DNA of 64,000 nt from an uncultured Chloroflexia bacterium (GCA_963768655.1 CAVYIM010000007.1:201597-265596); one strand, 5' to 3'. Shown: positions 28,610 to 39,109, numbered from the stretch's first letter. Numbers and translations are program-made. Notes: a model not told the origin generated them from the sequence alone.

Positions 28610-29725
28610 TCACCGGAAACGCCCGGCGAGCCGCCAGAACACGCCCGAGAGCGCGCCTGGGGCGTACTCGTGGGCCCGAATGCGGACCTCGCCGACCGCG
28701 CCGAGGCGGCGCTTGAACTCGTACAGGTTCCAGAGCGGATGCGAGCTGTCCGCAGGCAGGCCGGGGAACTCGTGCGTGTCCACGCCGCCGAGATCGTAGC
28801 CTTCGAACCCGGCCGTGACGGCCCATCGCATGATCGACCAGTGCAGCAGGTGGTTGGCCCGGTTCTTTCGGAGATCGGCGTCGTCGTGAGATCCTGCCGC
28901 GAACAGGACCACGTATCGGCCACTGTGGAGGAGCAGAAGGCCGCTTCGCCGGCGGCCCTCGGCGCTGGCGAACCACAAGCTCGCCAGGCCCATCTGGCCG
29001 AGACTCCGCCACTGGTTCAGCTCGTACTCTCGGTCGCGCACAACGAAGCCTTCGCGCCGGCCGGTGGCGGCGTGCATCTCGAAGAACTCGGCCAGTGCCG
29101 CCTCGCGGACCGCCGGCGACGTCAGGTCGATCCGTTCAGTTGTCACGCCCGCGCGCCGGGCCTTGTTGATGTTGGTGGCCGTCGAGTCGTCCAGGAGCGC
29201 GTGCTGCTCCTCCTCGTCGGCGCGCAGCGGAACCACCATCGCCGTGCGCGACACCTGGACTTCCCGGGCCGCCGGCCGAAACCCCGACCCGGGCAGCGTC
29301 GCCGCGAAATCGCTGTCCTCGCGCCAGGTGGGGTCGATCGTGAGCGTCAGGCTGTGATGCGCCCGGGCAATGCCCCTCAGGGCCGCCAGAGCCGCCGTGG
29401 CGGCCTCGGGCGTCGCTTCCAGTAGGATTGGGCCTCGTGGGGCGTAGTGGATGTGCGGGCGCACCGGCCCCGGCGCGCGGCGCAGCAGAGGCCGCTCCTG
29501 GATGAAGACGGCGGCGACGCGCCGGCCGTCCAGCTCGACGGCGTAGCGGAGCGGCGTCCAGCCCAGGCCGCGCTTGATCTCGCCCCATTCGTACGACTGG
29601 AACGCGTCGCCGAGCGGACTGCGGGCCGCCAGTGCGTCCCAATCCGCCGCCGCCCAGCCACTCGCGTCGATGACGCGGGGCATGGCGGAAACGGCCGCTT
29701 GCCTTGTCTGCACCAACTCCTCCAC
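28610..29725 (-). CDS. FemAB/MurM-like peptidoglycan bridge aminoacyl transferase (GNAT)
   Basis: FQSYEWGEIK, HYAPRGP, NINKARRAGV, LLHWSIMRWA, YDLGG, YEFKRRLG; start uncertain (29683-29725). Confidence 0.82.
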   Translation of the reverse strand: MEELVQTRQAAVSAMPRVIDASGWAAADWDALAARSPLGDAFQSYEWGEIKRGLGWTPLRYAVELDGRRVAAVFIQERPLLRRAPGPVRPHIHYAPRGPILLEATPEAATAALAALRGIARAHHSLTLTIDPTWREDSDFAATLPGSGFRPAAREVQVSRTAMVVPLRADEEEQHALLDDSTATNINKARRAGVTTERIDLTSPAVREAALAEFFEMHAATGRREGFVVRDREYELNQWRSLGQMGLASLWFASAEGRRRSGLLLLHSGRYVVLFAAGSHDDADLRKNRANHLLHWSIMRWAVTAGFEGYDLGGVDTHEFPGLPADSSHPLWNLYEFKRRLGAVGEVRIRAHEYAPGALSGVFWRLAGRFR

Positions 29726-29845
29726 AGGGCCGCGACGCGTGACGGTCCGGGCCGCAGGTGACCAATTCTCGCATCCTGCGGCACAGAGCGCGGGCTGAGT
29801 CTGGATAACGGGTGAGCCCCGCGTGCCGGCCAGTCCGATCGGAGC

Positions 29846-32321
29846 TCAGAAGGCGACCACCGTAGCGCCGTCGCCGCCCTCCCCTCGCCCGCCGGGACGC
29901 CACGATTTCACCAGCGGATGGCCCGACGCGAACTCGCGGACCGCGTCGCGGAGCGCACCCGTGCCCAGGCCGTGGATGATCGTGGCCTGCTCCAGGCCGG
30001 CCAGCGAGACGTCGTCGAGGTACCGGTCCAGGACCTCCAGCGCCTCACCGACCTTCGCCCCGCGAAGATCCAGTGAGGACGCGACGGTTCGCGCCCGTTC
30101 CAGCTGCAGCCGCGAGGCGGTCGTCCCGGCCTCCCCATCGCCCGTCGCTGCCAGTCGGCGGCCGCCCGGCCTCGAATCGATGGCCGCTCCCTCCCCTTCT
30201 CCGCCGACCGCCGGCTCCAGGTCCTCCAGCGGGACCGTCACGCGTATGCCTCCGGCCTCGAGAGTGGCGCGCCGGCCGCCCTTCTCCAGCGCGGCGATGC
30301 GGCCCTCCCACCCGCCGCTGATGCTGCGGGCGCGCATTCCGGTGTGCCAGGCCACCGCGCCCGGGCGTACCGTTCGAATCGGTTCGGGATCTGCCGGAGG
30401 GAGGCGCTCGAGCTGCGTCCTGGCCCGCTCGAGCCCTTCGTCGAGACTGCGTTGCGTCACCGTCTCGCGCTCGAGCTGGCGGCGGATCGTCCGAACTTCG
30501 GCCCTGACGTCGTCGACGAGCCGCTCGGCCTCGTCCCGGGCTGCCTTGACCGATTCGTCTCGCTCGCGCCGAGCGCGGCGTCGTTCGTCCTCCGCCGACG
30601 CGAGCGCAGCCCTGGCCCGGTCCTCGGCCGTGCGTGCTCGGGCGAGCGCTTCGGTCGTCTCGAGCTGAGTGGCCTTGATCGACGCCAGCGTCTCCTCGAA
30701 GGCCTGCTGCTCGTCCGTGAGCCTCGATCGAGCCTCCGCCACTATCGCCGGCGGCAGGCCCAACCGTTCGGCTATGGCGAAGGCCTGGCTCTGGCCCGGC
30801 AGGCCGATCGACAGCTTGTAGGTCGGGCGGAGCGTCTCCACGTCGAACTCGACGGAGGCGTTTCGAGCCTGCGGCGTGGTGTGGGCGTACAGCTTCAGCT
30901 CGGCGTAGTGGGTCGTGGCGGCGACCAGGGCGCCGGCCCTGATGAAGTGATCGAGCAGGGCCTGTGCCAGCGCGGAATCCTTCGGTCGGATCGGTCCCGG
31001 CGCCGAGCTCGTCCAGGAGAACAAGGTGATTCGGTCCCGCGGCCTCGACGATTCGAACGATCGAGCGCAGGTGTCCGCTGAAGGTGGAGAGAGACTGCGC
31101 GACCGACTGTTCGTCCCCGATGTCGGCGTAGACGTCGAAGAGGATCGGCAGGCTGGTGCCCGCCTCGGCGGGCACGTGCAGACCGGCCTGGTGCATCAGG
31201 CTGAGCAGACCCAGCGTTCGCAGCGCGACCGTCTTTCCGCCCGTGTTCGGGCCAGTGATCAGCAACGCGGTGTAGCCGTCTCCGAGGCGGATGTCGATCG
31301 GCACCACCCGGCCAGGTAGGCCCGGATGACGCGCGCCGAGCATCACGATCTCGGGTCGAGTCGCGATCTCGGCGGCGATGGCGTCCATATCCTCGGCCAG
31401 GCGCGCCTTGGCGGCCCAGAAGTCGAATCTGGCCAGCGCATCGAGCGTTTCGCGGAGCTGGGGCGCCTGGCCGGCCACGAGAGTGGACAGCTCGTCGAGG
31501 ATGCGCTCGACCTCCGTCTGTTCGGCGACCTGCGCCTCGCGCCACGCGTTGCCGAGCTCGACGGCCACGAGCGGCTCCACGAACAGCGTCTGGCCGCTGC
31601 CGGAGGCGTCATGGACGATGCCCTTCACCCGGCTGCGCGCGTCGGCCCGGACCGGGATGACGTACCTGCCGCCGCGCAGCGTCACCAGCGGCTCCTGAAG
31701 GGCGCTTGCAATGTCGCCGGAGTGGACCAGTTGATCCAGGCGGGTGCGTAGCCGGTCGTAGGCGACGCGCACGGCGCGGCGGAGTCCACCGAGGCGCGGT
31801 GACGCCGTATCGAGCAGCTCACCGGTTGGGTCGAAGCTGCGGCCGAGCACGCTGCGCAGGGCCGGCAGCGGGTGGATCTCGCGGCCGAGATCATGCAGGA
31901 TCGGGCGCCGATCGCCGGACAGCGCCTCGGCCAGACGGGAGGCGGCCTCGAGCGTGGCGGCGATGTCAAGGAACTGGCCCGGATCCAGGCGACCGCGGCG
32001 GGCAGCGCGCTCCAGCGCCGGTCCGATGTCCTTGCTGCCGCCGATGCCGGCGCCCGGGTGGGCGGCCACGAAAGCGCGCGTCTGAGTCGTCTCCTCGAGC
32101 CCGTGGGCCACGATCACACGATCGGTCGACGGCTCGAGAGCCTCCGCGAGGCGGCGCCCCGGTGGGAACCCGGTCGCGGCGGCAAGCCGCGCGCGGACCA
32201 GCGGGAATTCCAACAGCGCCATGGAGCGCCGATCCATGTGCGCGCCCGGGCCGGGGCCGGCAATTGCAGGCTTAGCGGCCGCGTGGCCGGCCGCAACGTT
32301 GTCGAGGCCGGACGCGCTCAT
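29846..32321 (-). CDS. mutS2: MutS2 endonuclease with Smr domain, interrupted by a +1 frameshift at about 30976-30977 (probably a sequencing error)
   Basis: TGPNTGGKT, DIGDEQS, LSTFS, LDELGAGTDPTEG, TTHY, C-terminal LDLRG...IHGLGTG. Removing one T (GGATTCC to GGATCC) restores GSALA and an 824-aa ORF. Confidence 0.9.
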
Positions 32322-33055
32322 CGAGTCGCCCTCGAGCCCGACACGGCCGGATTGCCCGCCGCCCAGACCCGCCACGGTTTGCTGAGCCAGGGTTCCGGCG
32401 TGGCGCCGAGGCCGACGCGCGGACCGAACGTCGGCTCCAGCGCCGGGTCGTCCGGGCGGGCCGGCTCCAGGCGGAGCGAGGCAGCCGGATCGCACAGATC
32501 CGCGCCGTCCTCGTCGCGTCCGATCGAGAAAGCGGCGCAGACCAGGCCCGGTCCGGAGGCGAGCCGCTCGATGGGCAGCGCGGCCACTCTCTGGCGGGCG
32601 GCGGCGGCCCGCGCGGCTCCCGCGAGGCCGTCATCATGCCGAGCGGCTCGGGCCACGATCCACTCCTGCCGGGCGCGGCGCATCAGGTCCGCTCCGTCTA
32701 CCGGATCGACGGAGCGCACGAGCAGGGCCGCGGGAAAGCCGCGCGGCTGGGTCACGACGTTCAAGCAGTGGTACATCCCATAGACAAGGTACACGTAGGC
32801 GTGGCCCGGCGGGCCGAACATGACGCCGTTGCGCTTCGTCGGTCCGAAGCGCGCGTGAGACGCCCTATCGTCGATCCCGATGTAGGCCTCGATCTCGACG
32901 ATCCTGCCTACCCTTACGCCGGAAGCGTCGCTTCGGACCAGTCGTGCGCCCAGCAACTCGCGCGCCGCGGCGAGACTGTCCTCCTCGAGCAGGCCGCGCG
33001 GGTACGCGCCGGTCGAGGAAGTGAGGCAGGATTCGATCGTGTCAGGCTCGCTCAG
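32318..33055 (-). CDS. DNA-3-methyladenine glycosylase (MPG/Aag family)
   Basis: ARELLG, IVEIEAY, DRASHA, MFGPPGHAYVYLVYGMYHCLNVV, LLVRS, GPG, RVG. No ATG/GTG found in frame; CTG overlapping the cvpA stop is assumed. Confidence 0.85.
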   Translation of the reverse strand: MSEPDTIESCLTSSTGAYPRGLLEEDSLAAARELLGARLVRSDASGVRVGRIVEIEAYIGIDDRASHARFGPTKRNGVMFGPPGHAYVYLVYGMYHCLNVVTQPRGFPAALLVRSVDPVDGADLMRRARQEWIVARAARHDDGLAGAARAAAARQRVAALPIERLASGPGLVCAAFSIGRDEDGADLCDPAASLRLEPARPDDPALEPTFGPRVGLGATPEPWLSKPWRVWAAGNPAVSGSRATR

Positions 33056-33618
33056 GGGAAGAGCGAGACCAGGTCGCCGGGGAGCAGAACCGCCAATACG
33101 TGAACGATCGGCGGCGCCACGTTGGCCTGTATCGCGCTGGCGATCTGGGACTGATCCATGACCTGGTAGAGGCTCCGAAGCTGGTCGATCTCTCCCGGGA
33201 AAGGATCCGGCAGTGTGTAGGAGCCAAGAATGATGACCACGATCGTCAGCACGATGAACGCTTCCAGAAGTCCAAGAAGGCCACCGACGACGTCGTCGAT
33301 GACCGGGTGGGCCGCCGAGAGTTCGGTGCGCTTGTAGAAGCCCTGGATGAGCACTGAGAAACCGATGGTGAGGGCGCAGAACAAGATGCCGAAGGCCAGC
33401 AGGTGATCGTAGCCGGCGGGGTATTGCTGCCATTGCGCGGCCAGGTAGCCGCCGACGGGATCGCGCAGGTTTGCCGAGACGAGGAAGGCGAATACGATCG
33501 AGATGATCCCCAGAATCCGCCGGATGGCTCCCTGCATCGCCCCGACGACGAATGCACCGAACAGGACGATCACGATCGCCAGATCGACCAGCGAACCGGA
33601 CTGGATCTCTCCGATCAT
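33052..33618 (-). CDS. cvpA: CvpA-family membrane protein
   Basis: DLAIVIVL..AFVVGAMQGAIR, four TM segments, DDVVGGLLGLL; ATG 33618 after GAGGGAG. Confidence 0.8.
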   Translation of the reverse strand: MIGEIQSGSLVDLAIVIVLFGAFVVGAMQGAIRRILGIISIVFAFLVSANLRDPVGGYLAAQWQQYPAGYDHLLAFGILFCALTIGFSVLIQGFYKRTELSAAHPVIDDVVGGLLGLLEAFIVLTIVVIILGSYTLPDPFPGEIDQLRSLYQVMDQSQIASAIQANVAPPIVHVLAVLLPGDLVSLFP

Positions 33619-33809
33619 TGGTCTCCCTCGCATCCTCGAAACGGAGAAGAGGCTGGTTGACGCGAACGCGGCTAGGTTAGCAGCGCGCGCGCCACCGCGC
33701 CGCACCTTACCAGTGCCCCGGCTCGCGCTTCAACTGGCAAAGCGTACGGGCGGGCACGTGACTTCAAGTGCGCCCGGCCGGCTATCACTGCCATATCGGC
33801 AACGAGAAC

Positions 33810-36311
33810 TCACATCCGGAGGTGGGCTCCGAGGTCGGTCTCGAGTCCTTTTCGAACCGCCCCTACGGCGGCGTCGACTTCCGCCTCCGTTAGAGTCCGG
33901 TCCTTCGCCCCCAGCACCAGCCGATAGGCCAGGCTCTTCTCATCGGCCGCCAGAGGCGTACCCCGGTACAGGTCGAAGAGGCGGACGCGGCGCAGGAGCG
34001 CGCCTCCGTGCTTTTGAATCGTGGCCTGAACCTCGGCGGCGGTGCGGGACTCGGCGACGATCACGGCCAGATCCCGTTCGACTTCCGGAAAGCGCGGAAG
34101 CGGCTCGACGTGTACGCGCAACGGAGCGGCGACGTCCAGCCCCGCGACGGCCACCTCGGCGACGATCACCCGCTGAGCGCGCAGGTCCCACGCCGCCGCC
34201 GCGTCCGGGTGCAGCTCCGCGACGCGGGCTGCGATCGCCTCGCCGCCGGACTCCTGCCGGGCCAGGAGCGCACGCCCGGGATGGAATGGGAAACCACGCG
34301 TGTCGGGCACGTACGAAGGCTCTGCGAGGCCCAGGCGACGGCACAGCAGCTCCAGGAGGCCCTTGGCGTCGTCGAGGTCGTACGGTCGAGCAGCGCGATT
34401 CCAGGCGGCAGGCTCCGCGGCGCCCGTCAGGAGGATCCCGAGACGAGTCCACTCACCCGGCCGCCCATCGACGCGCGCATAGCGCTTGCCGATCTCGAAG
34501 ATGGCTACCTCCGAACGGCCCTGACGCTCATTCAGCGACAGCACGTCCAGCAGGCTGCCGGCCAGATGCCGGCGCAGGACGGAATGCTGGGCCGCAAGTG
34601 GGTTTGTAACGACGATTTCGTCCCCGGACTGGGCCGCCAGACCGGTGGGCAGAGCCGGTTCGCTGGCGTCATCGGGCCAGCGAAGTCGGGCTTCGTCCAG
34701 GGGCGAAACGAGGGCGTGCGTGACGACCTCGCTCACTCCGGCGCCGGCCAGAGTCTCGCGCACCAGCTCGCGCACCCGCAGGGGCGATGGCCGGTAGGCC
34801 GGCGTCAGCGTGTCCGGGAGATGGGCCGGCGTCGTCTCATACCCGCGCACGCGGGCAACCTCCTCGGCCAGGTCCATCTCGATGGCGAGGTCGCGGCGCC
34901 ACGTCGGTACGATTGCGACCAGCGTCGGCTCTGAGCCCGGCTTGATGAGGAGCGGCTTCGGAGCCTCGGACACCAGGATGTGTGTGCCGGCCGGGGCCGG
35001 TTCCGTCTCGACGCCGACCCGGCGCAACAGATTGCGCTGTTCGGCGACGGAGATCTCGGTACCGAGCATCCTGCTGACGCGGGCCGGCCGGAAAGCGACC
35101 CGAACAGCCGCCGGCTCCGTGGCCGCCGTGTCTACGCGACCCTTCGAGAGCGCCCCGCCTGCCCACGCAAGCGTCAGCTGTGCGACCCGATCCGCGCCGA
35201 TTCGTGCGAGGCGGAACTCCTGGCCCTTCTCGAAGCGAAGGCTTGCCTCGGACCGGAGAGCGTACCGATGCCCCGTGCGACGAATGCTGACGGGGTCGAA
35301 GACGGCCGACTCGATCGCGATCTCAGTGGTCGCGTCCGTGATCTCACTGTCGAAGCCGCCCATGATCCCCGCGATCCCGATCGGACCGCTCGAGTCGGCG
35401 ATGATCAGCGTCTCCGGCGTCAGGACACGCTCGACATGGTCGAGGGTCTCCAGTCGCTCGCCTACGACCGCGCGTCGAACGATGATGGTGCCGTCCCTCA
35501 CCGCAGCGCCGTTGAACGTGTGCGTCGGCTTGCCGAGTTCGAGCATGACGTAGTTCGATGCGTCGACGACGTTGCTGACCGGGCGCATGCCGGCGGCCTG
35601 GAGGCGCATCTGGGCCCAGTCCGGCGAGGGCCCGATCTTCGCCCCGCTCACCCATCGCCCGACGAAACGCGTGCACAACTCGGGCTCTCGGACCTCGACC
35701 CTCAGATGGTCCGAAACGGGACCGTCCGTCTCCTCGACGACGATCTCGGGCCAGCGGAGGCCGGCACCCGTCGCCGCCGATACCTCGCGCGCCAGGCCGA
35801 TCAGGCATAGCGCGTCGCCGCGATTGGGTTTCACGTCCACGTCCAGAACCTCGTCGCCGTACAGCTCGCTCAGGTCACGGCCGAGTGGCGTCGCCGGTGG
35901 GAGGATGAGGATTCCCTCCGCGTCACTGGTGATGTGGAGCTCGTCGCCGGAGCAGAGCATTCCCTCCGAGGCGATGCCCATCTTCTCGGTCCGCTCGATG
36001 CGGCGATCTCCCGGCAGGACGGCGCCGGGCAAGGCAACCGGCACACGCTGGCCGGGGGCGATGTTGTGTGCGCCACAGACGATGTGGAGCGGCTCGCCCG
36101 AGCCGATGGTGACCGTCGTGAGATGGAGGCGGTCGGCGAACGGGTGCTTCTCGACGGTCAACAGCTCGCCGACGACGACGGAGCGCCAGTCGGCGCCCCA
36201 GCGTTCGACGCCCTTGACCTCCATGCCGAGGAGAGTCAGGCGCTCGGCCAGCTGTTCGGGCGAGAGCTGGATGTCGACGTATTCGCGCAGCCAGCCAAGC
36301 GGGACTCTCAT
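33810..36311 (-). CDS. pheT: Phenylalanine--tRNA ligase beta subunit
   Basis: MRVPLGWLREY, HPFADRL, IVCGA, SEGMLCS, PNRGD, SLRFEKG, FDX-ACB domain (FPEVERDLA). Confidence 0.97.
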   Translation of the reverse strand: MRVPLGWLREYVDIQLSPEQLAERLTLLGMEVKGVERWGADWRSVVVGELLTVEKHPFADRLHLTTVTIGSGEPLHIVCGAHNIAPGQRVPVALPGAVLPGDRRIERTEKMGIASEGMLCSGDELHITSDAEGILILPPATPLGRDLSELYGDEVLDVDVKPNRGDALCLIGLAREVSAATGAGLRWPEIVVEETDGPVSDHLRVEVREPELCTRFVGRWVSGAKIGPSPDWAQMRLQAAGMRPVSNVVDASNYVMLELGKPTHTFNGAAVRDGTIIVRRAVVGERLETLDHVERVLTPETLIIADSSGPIGIAGIMGGFDSEITDATTEIAIESAVFDPVSIRRTGHRYALRSEASLRFEKGQEFRLARIGADRVAQLTLAWAGGALSKGRVDTAATEPAAVRVAFRPARVSRMLGTEISVAEQRNLLRRVGVETEPAPAGTHILVSEAPKPLLIKPGSEPTLVAIVPTWRRDLAIEMDLAEEVARVRGYETTPAHLPDTLTPAYRPSPLRVRELVRETLAGAGVSEVVTHALVSPLDEARLRWPDDASEPALPTGLAAQSGDEIVVTNPLAAQHSVLRRHLAGSLLDVLSLNERQGRSEVAIFEIGKRYARVDGRPGEWTRLGILLTGAAEPAAWNRAARPYDLDDAKGLLELLCRRLGLAEPSYVPDTRGFPFHPGRALLARQESGGEAIAARVAELHPDAAAAWDLRAQRVIVAEVAVAGLDVAAPLRVHVEPLPRFPEVERDLAVIVAESRTAAEVQATIQKHGGALLRRVRLFDLYRGTPLAADEKSLAYRLVLGAKDRTLTEAEVDAAVGAVRKGLETDLGAHLRM

Positions 36312-37345
36312 CGGAACTGCTCCAGGAAGCGCAGATCGTTCTCGAGGTAGTAGCGCAGGTCGGGCACGGCATGGCGCAGGTTGGCGATGCGCTCCACGCC
36401 CATGCCGAAGGCGAAGCCCTGGTATCGCTCGGGGTCGATACCGCCGTACTGGAGAACCACCGGGTGGACCATGCCGGCGCCCAGGATCGTCATCCAGCCC
36501 GTCCTCGAACAGGCCGGACAGCCGGCGCCGCCGCAGACGACGCACTCGACGTCGAACGCCGCCGACGGCTCCGTGAACGGGTAATATCCGGGCCGGAAGC
36601 GTGTCTTGCGCGGCCCGAAGAGAGCGTGGGCGAACTCGTCGAGCAGGCCCTTCAGGTCGGCCATCGAGGTGCCCTCGTCGACCATCAGCCCCTCGACCTG
36701 GAAGAACTCGAAGCCGTGGCTGGCGTCGACGGCCTCGTAACGGAAGCAGCGACCCGGCAGCAGCGCCCGAATTGGCGGTCGGGTCGACTGCATCACTCGG
36801 ATCTGGCCCGGGCTGGTGTGGGTTCGCAACAGGTGCCCGGGGATGTCCACGTAGAGAGTGTCCCACAGGTCCCGAGCGGGATGGTCCGGCGCGATGTTGA
36901 GCATCTGGAAGTTCGTCAGGTCGTCCTCGACCTCGGGGCCCTCATAGACGACGAACCCGAACTGCCCGAAAACCTCCGCGATGGCCGCGACCGTTTCGGG
37001 AATGGGATGGAGCGTGCCTCGCGGAACGGTCCGGCCCGGCAGCGTCACGTCCGCCTTCTCCGCCACGAGCCGTTGCGCCTGAACGCCGGCCCTCAGCTCG
37101 GCGCTGCGTTCGGCCAGGGCCGTCTTGACAGCCTCTCCGATCTCGTTGGCCACGGCGCCGACACGCGGCCGGTCTTCCGGCAGCAGCGCTCCGATGCCGC
37201 GCAGGACGGCCGTGAGCTCCCCCTTCTTGCCCAGGTACTGTATCTGCAGCTGTTCGAGCGCTGCGGGATCGGCCGCTTTCGCGATCTCAGCCAGGGCGCG
37301 ATCCATGAGGCGACGCAGGTCACCGCTCAGGCTGTCGAAGTCCAC
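36308..37345 (-). CDS. pheS: Phenylalanine--tRNA ligase alpha subunit
   Basis: YLGKKGELT, DHPARD, LRTHTSP, FFQVEGL, YYPFTEPS, GAGMVHP, FAFGMGVER; GTG 37345. Confidence 0.97.
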   Translation of the reverse strand: MDFDSLSGDLRRLMDRALAEIAKAADPAALEQLQIQYLGKKGELTAVLRGIGALLPEDRPRVGAVANEIGEAVKTALAERSAELRAGVQAQRLVAEKADVTLPGRTVPRGTLHPIPETVAAIAEVFGQFGFVVYEGPEVEDDLTNFQMLNIAPDHPARDLWDTLYVDIPGHLLRTHTSPGQIRVMQSTRPPIRALLPGRCFRYEAVDASHGFEFFQVEGLMVDEGTSMADLKGLLDEFAHALFGPRKTRFRPGYYPFTEPSAAFDVECVVCGGAGCPACSRTGWMTILGAGMVHPVVLQYGGIDPERYQGFAFGMGVERIANLRHAVPDLRYYLENDLRFLEQFR

Positions 37346-37404
37346 GCCACGTTTCCTCGCTCTATCGCCGGGCCGGGTGGCTCGGCGTCGACATCGGTCG
37401 CTCC

Positions 37405-37685
37405 AGGAATCCAGAACCCTCGACTGTCCGCATCCGTTCGAACACGGGGACGAGTCGAGGGCTCGCGGTACCACCCCGCTTCCCCGGTGGCCGGTGTGCC
37501 GCCAGGGCGCTTGTGGGCCCGATATCGGGGGACCGACCGGTCCGCCTACTCACTCGGACGCCTGTGCGTCGGAGCTTCAACGGACGGCTCTGGAGCGAAC
37601 CGGCGAGATCGATCGCGGACGGGCTTCCAGTCGCCGACCCGTCCTCCCTGGGGGATCTGTCCTCGCCTCTTCTCCGTCCTCGCCT
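37405..37685 (-). ncRNA. T-box riboswitch (Phe)
   Basis: AAGCGGGGTGGTACCGCG T-box (37464-37481); AG-type box CAGGGAG; candidate TTC specifier at 37597-37599; downstream hairpin gagccctcgact...agtcgagggttc. Confidence 0.85.
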
Positions 37686-37723
37686 CTACTTCCTGTCAGC
37701 CGGCCGTCTCCGGCCGGCCCGGC

Positions 37724-38080
37724 TCAAGCCGGCGCCTTGCCGGCGGCAGCCACTACCTGTGCGAATGCCGAGGCGTCGCGAATGGCCAGATCGGCCAGGA
37801 CCTTGCGGTCGAGGTCGATGTTCGCGGCCTTGAGACCGGCGATCAACTTGCCGTAGGTCGTGCCGTTCTGGCGAGCGGCCGCGTTGATGCGGATGATCCA
37901 GAGCTCGCGCATCTGGCGCTTGCGCTGCTTGCGGTCGCGGGTCGCGTACGCCAGCGCGTGCAGCATCGACTCATGGGCTCGCTTGACGAGCTTCGAGTTG
38001 GTGCCGGACCGGCCCTCGGCGTCGTTGAGAAGCCGCTTATGGCGGCGATGGGCGGTTACGCCTCGCTTGACGCGTGCCAT
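37724..38080 (-). CDS. rplT: 50S ribosomal protein L20
   Basis: [42 protein letters not shown]. Confidence 0.98.
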   Translation of the reverse strand: MARVKRGVTAHRRHKRLLNDAEGRSGTNSKLVKRAHESMLHALAYATRDRKQRKRQMRELWIIRINAAARQNGTTYGKLIAGLKAANIDLDRKVLADLAIRDASAFAQVVAAAGKAPA

Positions 38081-38086
38081 CGAAGA

Positions 38087-38290
38087 TCAGACTCCCAGGT
38101 ACGGCAGCAGCCGGCGGATCTGGTCGAGAGACTCGCCGCTGACGAGCTCCTTGCCCTCATAGCGGCGCGTGCGCCGCGAGGACTTCAGTTCGAGGTGGTG
38201 TCCGCGCCACGACTTGACCCGGACCGCCTTGCCACTGCCGGTGACCCCAATCCGTTTCTGGGCCCCCTTGTGGCTCTTCATCTTGGGCAC
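38087..38290 (-). CDS. rpmI: 50S ribosomal protein L35
   Basis: MPKMKSHKGAQKRI; located between infC and rplT. Confidence 0.95.
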   Translation of the reverse strand: MPKMKSHKGAQKRIGVTGSGKAVRVKSWRGHHLELKSSRRTRRYEGKELVSGESLDQIRRLLPYLGV

Positions 38291-38291
38291 G

Positions 38292-38969
38292 TCAGTTCAC
38301 CTTCCCGTTTGACGCCGCGCCGTCCTCCGGCTCGGGTCCGGGAGCCGCCGGTCTGTCCGGGGTCTCCACGCTAGATGTATCTTCGGCGTCCAGAGAGGAC
38401 GCCCCGTCACCTGCGCCGGCGTGGCCTTTCGCCGCCGCTGTCGGCTCATGCGGCTTTGGCTTGTGGACCGAGGCCACGCTTATGTGCATCGATTTGCCTT
38501 CGAGCAGCGGAGGCCGCTCGACAACGCCGTGTTCCTTGATCTGCTCCGCGAACTTGTCCAGCAGATCGCGCCCGATCTGCGGGTGAGTCAGCTCGCGGCC
38601 GCGGAACTGGACCGCAACCTTGACCCTGTCGCCTTCTTCCAGAAACTCGATCGCGCGTCTGACCTTCGTATCGAAGTCGCCGGTGCCGATCTTCGGCTTC
38701 AGGCGGACTTCCTTGAACGTAACAGACCGCTGCCGCCGCTTGGCCTCCTTCTCACGCTTGGTCAGCTCGTACTTGTACTGACCGAAATCGAGGAGTCGCG
38801 CCACGGGAGGACTGGCCAGTGGTGCGACCTCCACCAGGTCGAGCCCCCGCTCCTGCGCAAGCCTCAAGGCGTCGGCTGTTCGCATCACGCCAAGCTGGCT
38901 ACCGTCTTCGTCGACAACCCGTACGTCGAACACACGGATCATCTGATTGATGCGCAGGTCTCGGCTGAT
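38292..38969 (-). CDS. infC: Translation initiation factor IF-3 (non-canonical ATC start)
   Basis: LRINQMIR, LDLVEVAP, DFGQYKYE, KEVRLKPKI, FRGRE; AGAAGGGG RBS 6 nt before ATC 38969. Confidence 0.93.
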   Translation of the reverse strand: MSRDLRINQMIRVFDVRVVDEDGSQLGVMRTADALRLAQERGLDLVEVAPLASPPVARLLDFGQYKYELTKREKEAKRRQRSVTFKEVRLKPKIGTGDFDTKVRRAIEFLEEGDRVKVAVQFRGRELTHPQIGRDLLDKFAEQIKEHGVVERPPLLEGKSMHISVASVHKPKPHEPTAAAKGHAGAGDGASSLDAEDTSSVETPDRPAAPGPEPEDGAASNGKVN

Positions 38970-39079
38970 GGCGAACCCCTTCTGTACGTGTTCCGGTTGC
39001 CGGCGACCGGGCCACTCTGCCCGGAGACAGGCGGACGCACAAACCCGGGGCACGGCTGCGCCGGGCTGTCGCCCGCGGG

Positions 39080-39109
39080 ACTATAGCACACGGATTCCGG
39101 CACCGGCAA
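39080..39109 (-). promoter_or_regulatory. sigma70-type promoter of infC-rpmI-rplT
   Basis: TTGCCG-N18-TATAGT with an extended TG. Confidence 0.7.
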
